Below are positions 1 through 8,596 of a stretch of 64,000 nt of DNA, in pieces. The position numbers and the translations under genes are program-made. Below the pieces are notes generated by a model. The model had not been told where the DNA came from, searched no databases, and saw nothing but the letters and a program-made list of their open reading frames with translations. This DNA comes from Candidatus Dormiibacterota bacterium (GTDB taxonomy: Bacteria > Chloroflexota > Dormibacteria > Aeolococcales > Aeolococcaceae): NCBI GenBank assembly GCA_963848445.1, contig CAWKDT010000005.1, forward strand, positions 7,969-71,968, written 5' to 3'. Position 1 is the first letter of the stretch; the number at the start of each line of letters is the position of its first letter.

Positions 1-26
1 CGCCCGGGTCGACCAGCAACTCCCCG

Positions 27-1229
27 TTGCTCATCGGCGTGATCGCGCCGTTCACGGGCCCCGACGCCGCCCTGGGGCCGGCCTATTTCGCCGCGTGCCT
101 GCCCGCCGCCCGGGCGATCAACAACGCCGGGGGCATCGACGGCGGCCACAAGGTGAGCTGCCAGGAATTCGATACCCGGGGTGAACCCGCCGACGCGGTG
201 CCGGCCGCCCAGCAGATGATTGCCAGCCACTCGAATCTGATGGCGGTGGTCGGCTGCACCTCCGATGAGGCGTCGAGCGTCGCGCCGATCCTCAACCAGG
301 CCCATATCCCCATGTTCTGCATGACGGGCCAGTCGGAGTTCAACAAGACGACTTTCACCTACTTCCATCGCCTGGTTCCCCCGGATGAGTTCGACGCGTT
401 CGCCATGGTAGGGAGCGCGCTCGATCACTTCAGCTACAAGAAGGTCGCGCTGGTGTTCGGCAACGACATCGGCTCGCAGGCCTTCGTCGGCCCGGCGATG
501 AGGGCTCTCCAGAATCTCGGCGCCACGGTCACGATCAACCAGGCAATCGCCCTTGGCCAGCCGTCCTACCGGACCGAGGTCACGGCGATGCTCGCGACGC
601 ATCCGGACGTCATCTTCACCGAAGCGCTCGGACCGACCGACGCGACCTACCTCGCCGAGGTCAAGCAGTTGAACGGCTCCACGCTGCCGTTCATGGGAAC
701 GTCGGCAACGATCGACCCGGTGTGGTTCTCGGCCGTGTCCGGGGCGATCGGGGTGCAGGACGTGGTCAACAAGTTCACTGCCGTGGACCTCCACGTCGAG
801 TTCAGCGGACCGGGATACACCGAGTTCAAGACGAACCTCGACGCGGTCGCATCGCAGTTTGCCGATGCACCCAAGTACTCCCAGCGCGGCGCGACGCTCC
901 ACCTGTATGACGGGATCATGCAGGCGGCACTCGCCATGGATGAGACCAAGAGCACCGACCCGACCGTGTACAACCCGGTGATCAAGGCCGTCGGCAACGG
1001 TGTCAGCGGCTCGACGATCGTCAACACGTACGCCGACGGCCTTGCGGCGATCAATAGCGGCAAGAAGGTGCAATGGGTCGGCGCCGGCGGCGTGACCAAC
1101 TACAACCAGTACAACAACTCCCAGCAGGGCTACATCATTGTCAAGTACGACGCGCAGGGCAATGAGGTGACGATCGGGACCCTGACCGAAGCACAGACGG
1201 CGGCGATCATCGCGGCCGGCGGTGGCTGA
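27..1229 (+). CDS. Branched-chain amino acid (LivK/LivJ-type) ABC substrate-binding protein; N-terminus probably begins before the window
   Basis: IGVIAPFTGPDAALG and INNAGGIDG are typical of type-1 periplasmic binding proteins. No signal peptide lies inside the window and the frame is open back to the edge. livHMGF-like genes follow. Confidence 0.85.
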   Translation: MLIGVIAPFTGPDAALGPAYFAACLPAARAINNAGGIDGGHKVSCQEFDTRGEPADAVPAAQQMIASHSNLMAVVGCTSDEASSVAPILNQAHIPMFCMTGQSEFNKTTFTYFHRLVPPDEFDAFAMVGSALDHFSYKKVALVFGNDIGSQAFVGPAMRALQNLGATVTINQAIALGQPSYRTEVTAMLATHPDVIFTEALGPTDATYLAEVKQLNGSTLPFMGTSATIDPVWFSAVSGAIGVQDVVNKFTAVDLHVEFSGPGYTEFKTNLDAVASQFADAPKYSQRGATLHLYDGIMQAALAMDETKSTDPTVYNPVIKAVGNGVSGSTIVNTYADGLAAINSGKKVQWVGAGGVTNYNQYNNSQQGYIIVKYDAQGNEVTIGTLTEAQTAAIIAAGGG

Positions 1230-1256
1230 GCGACATAACGACTGGGGGCGGCAACG

Positions 1257-2141
1257 ATGAGCTTGATCGTTGCCGCCCTCGGTTTCGGGCTCGTGAGCAT
1301 GTCGATCATCGCCATCGCGGCGGTGGGATTCACGATGCAGTTCGGCATCACGAACATGATCAATCTTGCCTACGGGCAGGTGATGATCGCGTCCGCTTAC
1401 GCCGCGTATGCACTCAACAGCAGAGGCGTGAACATCTGGCTCGCCCTCGTCGGCGGCGCGGTGTTCGGCTCCATCTTCTCGGCCCTCCTCAATCGCCTCA
1501 TCTACGCGCCCTTTCAGCGCAAGGGAACGAACCTCATCGGCATGGTGATCATCTCGCTCGCAGTGGCACTGATGATCGCGAACGTCCTCCTGCCGATCGT
1601 CGGTTACTACAGTGTCTTCTACCACCTCGACACCGGGCCGACGCTGCACGCCGGGTCGATCGCGCTCACCGGTGTCCAACTGGCGATCATCGCCGTGGCC
1701 GTGCTGATCATGCTGGTCATCTATGGGCTGCTGCACTTCACCAGGCTCGGTAAGGCCATGCGAGCCACCGCCGCCAACCCCACCCTGGCGCGCAACTGCG
1801 GCATTCCAACCGGCCGTGTCGTCGACTTCGCCTGGCTGATCACGGGTGCTCTCTGCGGCATCGCGGGAGTCGTGGCGAGCATGAACTCTGACGCATTCTC
1901 GGTGGCCAACGGCTCCGAGTTTCTCATTCCGATCATCGCGGCCTCGGTGCTCGGTGGCGCCGGTCACCCGTATGGAGCCATGATCGGCGCGGTGCTCATC
2001 GGCGAGATGACCGAGATCAGCGCGGCGGTCATCTCGCCCGAGTACAAGCAGGTCGTTGCCTTTGCCGTGCTGGTGCTGGTGATGGTGCTCCGCCCGCAGG
2101 GCCTGCTCGCCAGGCGCGGCGCGCTGGCAGCCGCGGGGTGA
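1257..2141 (+). CDS. livH: Branched-chain amino acid ABC permease (LivH-like)
   Basis: Multi-TM protein with AVGFTMQFGITNMINLAYG, TRLGKAMRA and VLRPQGLL motifs. Confidence 0.85.
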   Translation: MSLIVAALGFGLVSMSIIAIAAVGFTMQFGITNMINLAYGQVMIASAYAAYALNSRGVNIWLALVGGAVFGSIFSALLNRLIYAPFQRKGTNLIGMVIISLAVALMIANVLLPIVGYYSVFYHLDTGPTLHAGSIALTGVQLAIIAVAVLIMLVIYGLLHFTRLGKAMRATAANPTLARNCGIPTGRVVDFAWLITGALCGIAGVVASMNSDAFSVANGSEFLIPIIAASVLGGAGHPYGAMIGAVLIGEMTEISAAVISPEYKQVVAFAVLVLVMVLRPQGLLARRGALAAAG

Positions 2142-3130
2142 CCTACTACCTCACGACGCTGCTCGTCTACGCCGCCGTGGATGTGCTCGCCTGCCTGGCG
2201 ATCAGCCTGCAGTTCGGCGTGTCGGGCATCGTCAATTTCAGCTTCATCATCTTTCAGGCCGCCGGAGCGTATACCGCAGCCGTGCTCTCGCTGCCACCCG
2301 ACAGCGCCAATAGCGGCTTCCAGACCTACATCCTGGGCCTGAACCTGCAGTTCCCACTTCCCTGGATCGGCGCGACCGTTGTTGGTGCCCTGCTCGCACC
2401 ACCCATCGGGCTGGTGGTGCTCCGGCGCCTGCGCAGCGATTACCAGGCGATCGCGATGCTGGTCCTGTCAGTGATCGCCACCCTCGTCGTGACCAATACG
2501 CCGGCATTTCTCGACGGGGCGGCGGGGCTCTCACTCGTCCCGCAGCCGCTCTCGCAGACGTTCAACCCCTACTCGGAGGGATACCTCTGGGTGTACTCAG
2601 CGGGAGCGGTGGTGCTCGCTGTCATCGTCTTCTTCGTCGTGCAGCGCATCATCAACTCGCCCTACGGACGGTCCCTGCGAGCCATGCGTGAGAACGAGCT
2701 GGCGGCGAATGCCCTCGGCAAGAACGCAGGGGCGCTCAAGATGACCGTGTTCGTCGTGGGCGGTGCGATCGGCGGCCTGAGCGGCGCGATCCTCGTGGGA
2801 TTCATCACCACCTGGGCGCCCTCGACGTGGCTCTATCCCGAAACGCTGATTCTGTTCGCGGCGGTCATCGTCGGTGGCCGCGGTAACAACTACGGCGCGG
2901 TGCTCGGCGCTCTGCTGGTCCCGGTCGGGTTCGAGGAGGCGACCCGCTACCTGCCGCCCTTCGGGCCGCCCGGTCTCATCCCAGCATTGGAGTGGGTCTG
3001 CATCGGCGGGCTGATCCTCGGCTTCCTGTGGTTCCGCCCGCGAGGCGTCATTCCCGAGCGCCGCCGGGTGTTCGCGGCACGGGTCAGCCCGTCGGCTCTG
3101 GGGGAGGACGCCCATGGCGGTCGAGGCTGA
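2138..3130 (+). CDS. livM: Branched-chain amino acid ABC permease (LivM-like)
   Basis: RLRSDY, SPYGRSLRAMRENE and FRPRGVIPE motifs; GTGA overlap with livH. Confidence 0.85.
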   Translation: MTYYLTTLLVYAAVDVLACLAISLQFGVSGIVNFSFIIFQAAGAYTAAVLSLPPDSANSGFQTYILGLNLQFPLPWIGATVVGALLAPPIGLVVLRRLRSDYQAIAMLVLSVIATLVVTNTPAFLDGAAGLSLVPQPLSQTFNPYSEGYLWVYSAGAVVLAVIVFFVVQRIINSPYGRSLRAMRENELAANALGKNAGALKMTVFVVGGAIGGLSGAILVGFITTWAPSTWLYPETLILFAAVIVGGRGNNYGAVLGALLVPVGFEEATRYLPPFGPPGLIPALEWVCIGGLILGFLWFRPRGVIPERRRVFAARVSPSALGEDAHGGRG

Positions 3131-3935
3131 CTCCGTGCCCGGCAGCACGATCGCCGGCGATCAACCCGCTGCCGGTTCCCGCGCGCTGCTGATCGCCCGC
3201 GGCGTGAGCCGGCACTTCGAGGGGATGCACGCGGTCGACGGCGTTTCGCTCGATGTGCCGCCGAGAAAGATCACCGGTCTCATCGGTCCCAACGGCGCCG
3301 GAAAGTCAACGTTCCTTGCGGTGCTCGCGGGAACGCTGCCGGCAAGCGCGGGCACGATCACGTTCGACGGCGAGGACATAACCCGGCTGCCCGCATTTCA
3401 GCGCGCTCGGCGCGGACTGGTGCGCACGTTCCAGCTGCCCTCCGAGTTTGCGCAGCTCACCGTTCTCGAGAACCTGCTCGCCGCCGCCCCCGGAAATCGT
3501 GGCGATTCGCTGCTGGGGTCCTTGCTCGGCAGACGCTACTGGCGCTCCGACGAGGATCGGCTCGTTGAGGAGGCTCGCGCGCTCCTCGACCGGTTCCGGA
3601 TGAGTGCGAAGGAGTCGGACTACGCGAGCTCGCTCAGTGGTGGGCAGAAGCGGCTCGTCGAGATCATGCGAGCGCTGATGTTGCATCCGCGGCTGCTGCT
3701 GCTCGATGAACCGATGTCGGGCGTGCACCCCTCAATCGTCGGCCAGATCGCCGACTACTGCGAAGCGCTCCGCGACGAGGGGCTCACCATCCTCATCGTC
3801 GAGCACGAGCTGCACATGATCGACCGCATGTGCGACACGGTGATCGTCATGGCCCAGGGACGCATCATCGGGCAGGGGACGATGTCCGAGCTCCGCCAGC
3901 AGCGTGAAATCGTTGACGCATACCTTGTCGGGTAG
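3114..3935 (+). CDS. livG: ABC ATP-binding protein (LivG-like)
   Basis: GPNGAGKST, RTFQ, LSGGQ, LLLDEP and C-terminal DAYLVG. Confidence 0.9.
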   Translation: MAVEADSVPGSTIAGDQPAAGSRALLIARGVSRHFEGMHAVDGVSLDVPPRKITGLIGPNGAGKSTFLAVLAGTLPASAGTITFDGEDITRLPAFQRARRGLVRTFQLPSEFAQLTVLENLLAAAPGNRGDSLLGSLLGRRYWRSDEDRLVEEARALLDRFRMSAKESDYASSLSGGQKRLVEIMRALMLHPRLLLLDEPMSGVHPSIVGQIADYCEALRDEGLTILIVEHELHMIDRMCDTVIVMAQGRIIGQGTMSELRQQREIVDAYLVG

Positions 3936-4716
3936 CACCGCGACGGCCGCGACGAGCAGGCCGGCTCAACTCCTGCGAGCCGAGGGGATCACCTGCGGAT
4001 ATGGCGCCGTACCCGTCGTCCAGGGCGTCAGCGTCAGCGTCGGAGCCGGAGAGATTGTAGCCATCATTGGCCCTAACGGTGCGGGCAAGAGCACCCTCCT
4101 CAAAGCGCTCGTCGGCATTCTGCGGGTCACGACCGGCCGGATCATGCTGGATGCCGAGGACGTCACGAATCGCCCACCCGAGGAGCTCGCGCGGCGCGGT
4201 GTCGGGTACGTGCCCCAGGTCCAGGACATCTTCGAACCCCTGACTGTGCTCGAGAACCTCGAGATGGGCGGCTACCTGCTGCCCTCGGCGCGGGTGCACA
4301 GCCGGGTTCCCGAGGTCCTGGAGGTCTTCCCGGCGCTGAAGCCGATGCTGAAGCGCCGTGCGGACAAGCTCAGCGGCGGCGAGCGCAAGATGCTCGCCAT
4401 TGCCCGCGTGCTGATGCTCGACCCGCAAGTGCTCATCCTCGACGAACCGACTGCGAACCTCGCGCCGCAGCTCGCCGAGAAGTTGTTGCACGAGCAGGTG
4501 AAGGGACTTGGCGCTCTCGGAAAGGCTGTGCTCCTGGTGGAGCAACGCGCACGCGCCGCACTCGACATAGCCGCGTGGACGCTGGTCCTAGTCTCCGGCT
4601 CCACCCGACTGGAAGGACCGCCCGGCGAACTCCTCGATCGCCAGGATTTCGAGGAACTGTTCTTGGGTGCTGCGACGACGCTCAGCGCATCGCGGGACTC
4701 GGAGGCGAAGACATGA
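3904..4716 (+). CDS. livF: ABC ATP-binding protein (LivF-like); exact start uncertain
   Basis: GPNGAGKST, VGYVPQ, LTVLENLEMG, LSGGE and ILDEPTANLAP. Confidence 0.88.
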   Translation: MKSLTHTLSGSTATAATSRPAQLLRAEGITCGYGAVPVVQGVSVSVGAGEIVAIIGPNGAGKSTLLKALVGILRVTTGRIMLDAEDVTNRPPEELARRGVGYVPQVQDIFEPLTVLENLEMGGYLLPSARVHSRVPEVLEVFPALKPMLKRRADKLSGGERKMLAIARVLMLDPQVLILDEPTANLAPQLAEKLLHEQVKGLGALGKAVLLVEQRARAALDIAAWTLVLVSGSTRLEGPPGELLDRQDFEELFLGAATTLSASRDSEAKT

Positions 4717-5621
4717 AGCTGCTGATGTTTCGCGACGGACGGTCGCGACTCCTCGGCGTCGCCCGGGAGGGCGCGCCCGACGACATCATCGACGTTGCCG
4801 CTGCGACACGCGGATCCGAATCGGCTCAGCTGCCTGCAGACATCCTTGGCGTCATCGATGCGGGCCCGGAGGCAGTCGAGCGCCTCAGCGCCCTTGCGTC
4901 GAGCGCCCCGGCATCGGGGACGGTGCGCTCGCTCGCGAGCCTGACCGTTGTGGCGCCATTCGACCCACCGCGCGGGAACGTTCTGTGCATCGGACGGAAC
5001 TATCAGAAGCACGCCGAGGAAGGGGCTCGCGCGCTCAACACCGAGGTGGGACCGCCGACCATTTTCACCAAAGCGATCACGACGATCGCAGACCCGTACG
5101 CGGATATCCGTATCGACGCATCCGTGAGCACCGCGATCGACTGGGAAGTCGAGCTCGGCGTGGTCATCGGGGCGCGCGGCGCCAACATCAAGCGATCTGA
5201 TGCGCTCGACCACGTCTTCGGCTACACGGTGCTCAACGACATCACCGCCCGCGATATGCAGAACGGTTGGGGCGGCCAGTGGTTCAAGGGCAAGAGCCTC
5301 GACGGGTCGTGTCCGATGGGGCCCTGGGTGCTCACCCGGGACGAGGTACCCGATGTGCAACAACTGCACCTGCAACTCCGCATCAACGGTGCCGTCAAGC
5401 AGGACGCAAACACACGGGACATGATCTATCCGGTCGACGCGATCATCGAGTGGCTGTCAGTGGGCCTGACGCTTCTGCCCGGAATGGTGATCGCAACCGG
5501 CACCCCTGAGGGAGTCGGATTCGCGCGCACGCCACCGGAGTTCCTGCAGCCGGGAGACGTGATGGAGTCGGAGGTCGAAGGCGTCGGCTGCATCCGGAAC
5601 AGCGTCGTCGCCGCCGGGTAG
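4713..5621 (+). CDS. Fumarylacetoacetate hydrolase family protein
   Basis: CIGRNY, DWEVELGVVIG, NDITARD, WFKGKS and TGTPEGVG. The ATG at 4713 overlaps the livF stop (ATGA) and has a GGAGG SD. Confidence 0.92.
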   Translation: MKLLMFRDGRSRLLGVAREGAPDDIIDVAAATRGSESAQLPADILGVIDAGPEAVERLSALASSAPASGTVRSLASLTVVAPFDPPRGNVLCIGRNYQKHAEEGARALNTEVGPPTIFTKAITTIADPYADIRIDASVSTAIDWEVELGVVIGARGANIKRSDALDHVFGYTVLNDITARDMQNGWGGQWFKGKSLDGSCPMGPWVLTRDEVPDVQQLHLQLRINGAVKQDANTRDMIYPVDAIIEWLSVGLTLLPGMVIATGTPEGVGFARTPPEFLQPGDVMESEVEGVGCIRNSVVAAG

Positions 5622-5691
5622 TGCGAGACAGGGATCAGGCGGCGCGGCGTCCAACAGGCGGAGGCTCCGGGGGAATCGAGCCCTCTAAACG

Positions 5692-6453
5692 GTGATCCAT
5701 CTCGACGCCGTGAGCCTGCTTCTCGTCGCTGCGGCCGCGGCGGGCGCCGGCGCGGTCAATGCGATCGCAGGCGGGGGCACGCTGCTGTCGTTTCCGGCGC
5801 TGCTCCTGCTGGGATTCCCCGCCCTGACCGCGAACGTCACCAACACGCTCGGACTGCTGCCCGGCTACGCCGGCGGGAGCCTCGCCTATCGCGCCGAACT
5901 CTCGGTGCAGCGCGAGCGGGTGCGCTTTCTCGGACCGATCAGCATCATCGGTGCACTCGTCGGCGCGATCCTCCTCACGCGAACCTCCAACCGGTTGTTC
6001 TCGGCGATCGTGCCGTGGCTGATCCTCGCCGCATGTGCGCTGCTCCTCATCCAGCCGGTGGTGACCTCACGCGTCCGCGCGCGCCGGCCTGAGCGCGAGC
6101 AGCATCGGTCACCGCTGCTCGCGGTGGCGCAGTTCCTCGGCGGAGCCTACGGCGCCTTCTTCGGCGCCGGCCTCGGAGTGATGATGCTCGCTGTTCTTGG
6201 CCTCTTCATCCGCGACGACCTGCAGCGTCTCAATGCGTTGAAGGGCGTGATGTCGCTCATCATCAACGTGGTCGCGGCGGCGTACTTCGCGTTATTCGGT
6301 CCGGTTTCATGGATTGCCGTCCTCGTGATGGTGCCGGCGAGCGCCCTCGGCGGCTTTGCCGGCGTGGCACTCGCGAGGCGGCTCCACCCGGCGGTGCTGC
6401 GCACCCTGGTCGTCGCATTCGGCGTCGCGTTCGCGATCCATCAGCTCTTCTAA
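5692..6453 (+). CDS. TauE/SafE (sulfite exporter) family membrane protein
   Basis: AGAVNAIAGGGTLLSFP, YGAFFGAGLGVM and NALK motifs; about 8 TM segments. Confidence 0.88.
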   Translation: MIHLDAVSLLLVAAAAAGAGAVNAIAGGGTLLSFPALLLLGFPALTANVTNTLGLLPGYAGGSLAYRAELSVQRERVRFLGPISIIGALVGAILLTRTSNRLFSAIVPWLILAACALLLIQPVVTSRVRARRPEREQHRSPLLAVAQFLGGAYGAFFGAGLGVMMLAVLGLFIRDDLQRLNALKGVMSLIINVVAAAYFALFGPVSWIAVLVMVPASALGGFAGVALARRLHPAVLRTLVVAFGVAFAIHQLF

Positions 6454-6509
6454 CCGGATGGATCTCCGTTGGCAACCTATCGCAGGTCACAGCGCCCAAA
6501 GCACATGCG

Positions 6510-7679
6510 CTACGCGCCCCGGGCCACCGCCGCCAGTGCACGCCTCGCATGCGGGTACTCGGGCGACCTGTTCTGAAACGTCAGGATCTTCGGATTCTGA
6601 ACAACACCATCACGGATCTCGATCGCCCGGCGGATCGTCTCATCAGCCTCCCACGCCTCCGGACCCGCCAGCACCGTCGGCAGGTACGGCAGCAGCGCCT
6701 CGCTGATCTCCCAGGTGGCTGACTCCCACAGGTAGGACGGGCTGTGGTCGACCGCGTAGTAGTGCACGTCTCGCCCCACGACGCGCACCGGATCCTCGAA
6801 GGACGTCGGAGCAGCCCACTCGAACCCCATGCCCCGGTCGCACGACACGTCAACGAACAGCGTGCCCGGCGCGAAGAGTGCGAGCTCCTTGGCAGACACG
6901 AACATGAGCGGCGTGTCCGGATCCTGGAGGACGCAGTTCACGACGATGTCGTGCTGCGCGAGGAACTCCACCATCGGAGTCAGACCCGAGCCCGTCAGCA
7001 CCACCGCCCTGCTCGGATCGCGGGCGTCGCGCTCGTAATGCAGCATCCGTGCGCCATGAATCGGCGCGGCGACACCTGCGACGCTGCGATGCGTCACGAC
7101 GGTGATGTCGAGGACCCCGAGCGCGGTCAGCGCGCCGACCGCGCCCCTCGCGGTGGCCCCGAAGCTGATCACCGACTGCCCGCAGGCGGCGGCCGTAGGC
7201 CCCCGTCTTCCCCACGATTGCATGCCGTGGAGCACCGAACAGTAGCCGGCGAGCTCGTTGTTCTCCTGAAAGACGTGCACATGGAACGAGCCGTCATCCG
7301 TCCAGTGGTTCATGGCCTCCCACGCGATCAGCGTCAGCCGCCGATCGATGCTCACCTGGGTCACGTCTTCGTCCTGGACGCAGTGCGGCCAGCCCCACAA
7401 CACCTGCCCCTCGCGGAACTCGGCAAGATCACGCGCTGTCGGCTTGGGGAGGACGCACACATCGCAGTGCTCGATGAGCTGCTCACGCGATCCGATCCCA
7501 CCCACCAGGGGCGCAAGCCACTCGTCTGAGACGTTGAATCGCGCACCGTAGCCTGCCTCGAGGTAGATCCGATTGCGAATGGCCGGATCGATCCGGTCGA
7601 GGTGCGCGGGGTGGATCGGGAGCCGGTACTCGTCAGGTTTGCGAGACCCGGCCAGGACGGCGAGGTTCAGCTGCTTCAT
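6510..7679 (-). CDS. N5-(carboxyethyl)ornithine synthase / alanine dehydrogenase-PNT family oxidoreductase (contains a short frame-swapped stretch)
   Basis: SRKPDEYRLPIHP, WGWPHCVQ, NNELAGYCSVLH, FGATARGA, DVSCD and YAVDHSPSYLW. Confidence 0.85.
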   Translation of the reverse strand: MKQLNLAVLAGSRKPDEYRLPIHPAHLDRIDPAIRNRIYLEAGYGARFNVSDEWLAPLVGGIGSREQLIEHCDVCVLPKPTARDLAEFREGQVLWGWPHCVQDEDVTQVSIDRRLTLIAWEAMNHWTDDGSFHVHVFQENNELAGYCSVLHGMQSWGRRGPTAAACGQSVISFGATARGAVGALTALGVLDITVVTHRSVAGVAAPIHGARMLHYERDARDPSRAVVLTGSGLTPMVEFLAQHDIVVNCVLQDPDTPLMFVSAKELALFAPGTLFVDVSCDRGMGFEWAAPTSFEDPVRVVGRDVHYYAVDHSPSYLWESATWEISEALLPYLPTVLAGPEAWEADETIRRAIEIRDGVVQNPKILTFQNRSPEYPHARRALAAVARGA

Positions 7680-7803
7680 ACAAGGGCCGGCAGAACGAAG
7701 GCGAGTTGCCGCGCGGTTCTCATGCGCAGCCTGATGATCCCCGTGCCGCCGCCACCCCGACAGAGGAGAACGGCGGACTTCAACCGGGTCGAAGTGCCCG
7801 CGG

Positions 7804-7826
7804 CGCGGCGCCTCGGCGGCGCCGCG
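7804..7826. terminator. GC-rich hairpin downstream of the lipoprotein gene (possible terminator, no U-tract)
   Basis: CGCGGCGCC-tcggc-GGCGCCGCG, a 9-bp stem. Confidence 0.3.
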
Positions 7827-7855
7827 GCCTCCCGCAGACGCGGACCGCCGAACGG

Positions 7856-8437
7856 CTACACCTTGCCGGCGGCCGTCTGCGCCGCGGCCTGGACCTGCGA
7901 ATCCATGTCCGCACCCGACCTGGTGCCGGACGTGACGTTGATCACCACCAGGTTGTTGTCCTTGAAGAAGGCGTACGTCGCCGCGTTCGCGTCGATCTCC
8001 TTGACCGCCGCGGATCCCAGACCCGACACAGCGCTGGTGGTGCCGCCGCTCGAGTCCGAGCCTCCGCTCGCAAGCGCCGCCGCGACGGCCTCCTGCAGCG
8101 CCGCCTGCCCGAGCGCGCCGGGGAAGGGCTCGATGACGACCACACCGCTACCGCCTCCGGCGTTCGCGCTGTCGGCGTAGATGCAGGTCTGGGCGCTGCA
8201 TGAGAGCGCCGCCACGTTCGGATCACCGCTGATGTTCTGCACGTCGGACGCGCTGATGAGCGTGCTCGCGGCGGCCGTCGAGCCGTTGCCCGTCGTCCCC
8301 GATCCCAGGCCGGGAAGGCTCGGCACCGAATTCCCGCCGGACGGGGTCGGCGTGGACCCGGACGATCCGCCGCAGCCGGCGAGCACGGCGACGGCGCCCA
8401 TGGAAACAGCGGCCACGAGAAAGGACTTGGCAGTCAT
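7856..8437 (-). CDS. Hypothetical lipoprotein
   Basis: Signal MTAKSFLVAAVSMGAVAVLAG|C with LAGC lipobox, a Gly/Ser linker, and GAGGA SD upstream of the ATG at 8437. Confidence 0.8.
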   Translation of the reverse strand: MTAKSFLVAAVSMGAVAVLAGCGGSSGSTPTPSGGNSVPSLPGLGSGTTGNGSTAAASTLISASDVQNISGDPNVAALSCSAQTCIYADSANAGGGSGVVVIEPFPGALGQAALQEAVAAALASGGSDSSGGTTSAVSGLGSAAVKEIDANAATYAFFKDNNLVVINVTSGTRSGADMDSQVQAAAQTAAGKV

Positions 8438-8596
8438 GTGATCCTCATTTGCAGTGCGCCAGCGCTCCCTCCGCGCCGGATCGCCGCAGATGATATCCTC
8501 CCGCCCCTCCCGAGTCGCTCGCGTCACCAGATCGGGAAATCGAACTCAGCTTGCTACAGTCGAAGCGATGGCATCCGCACCGTTGCGAGACCCCTT

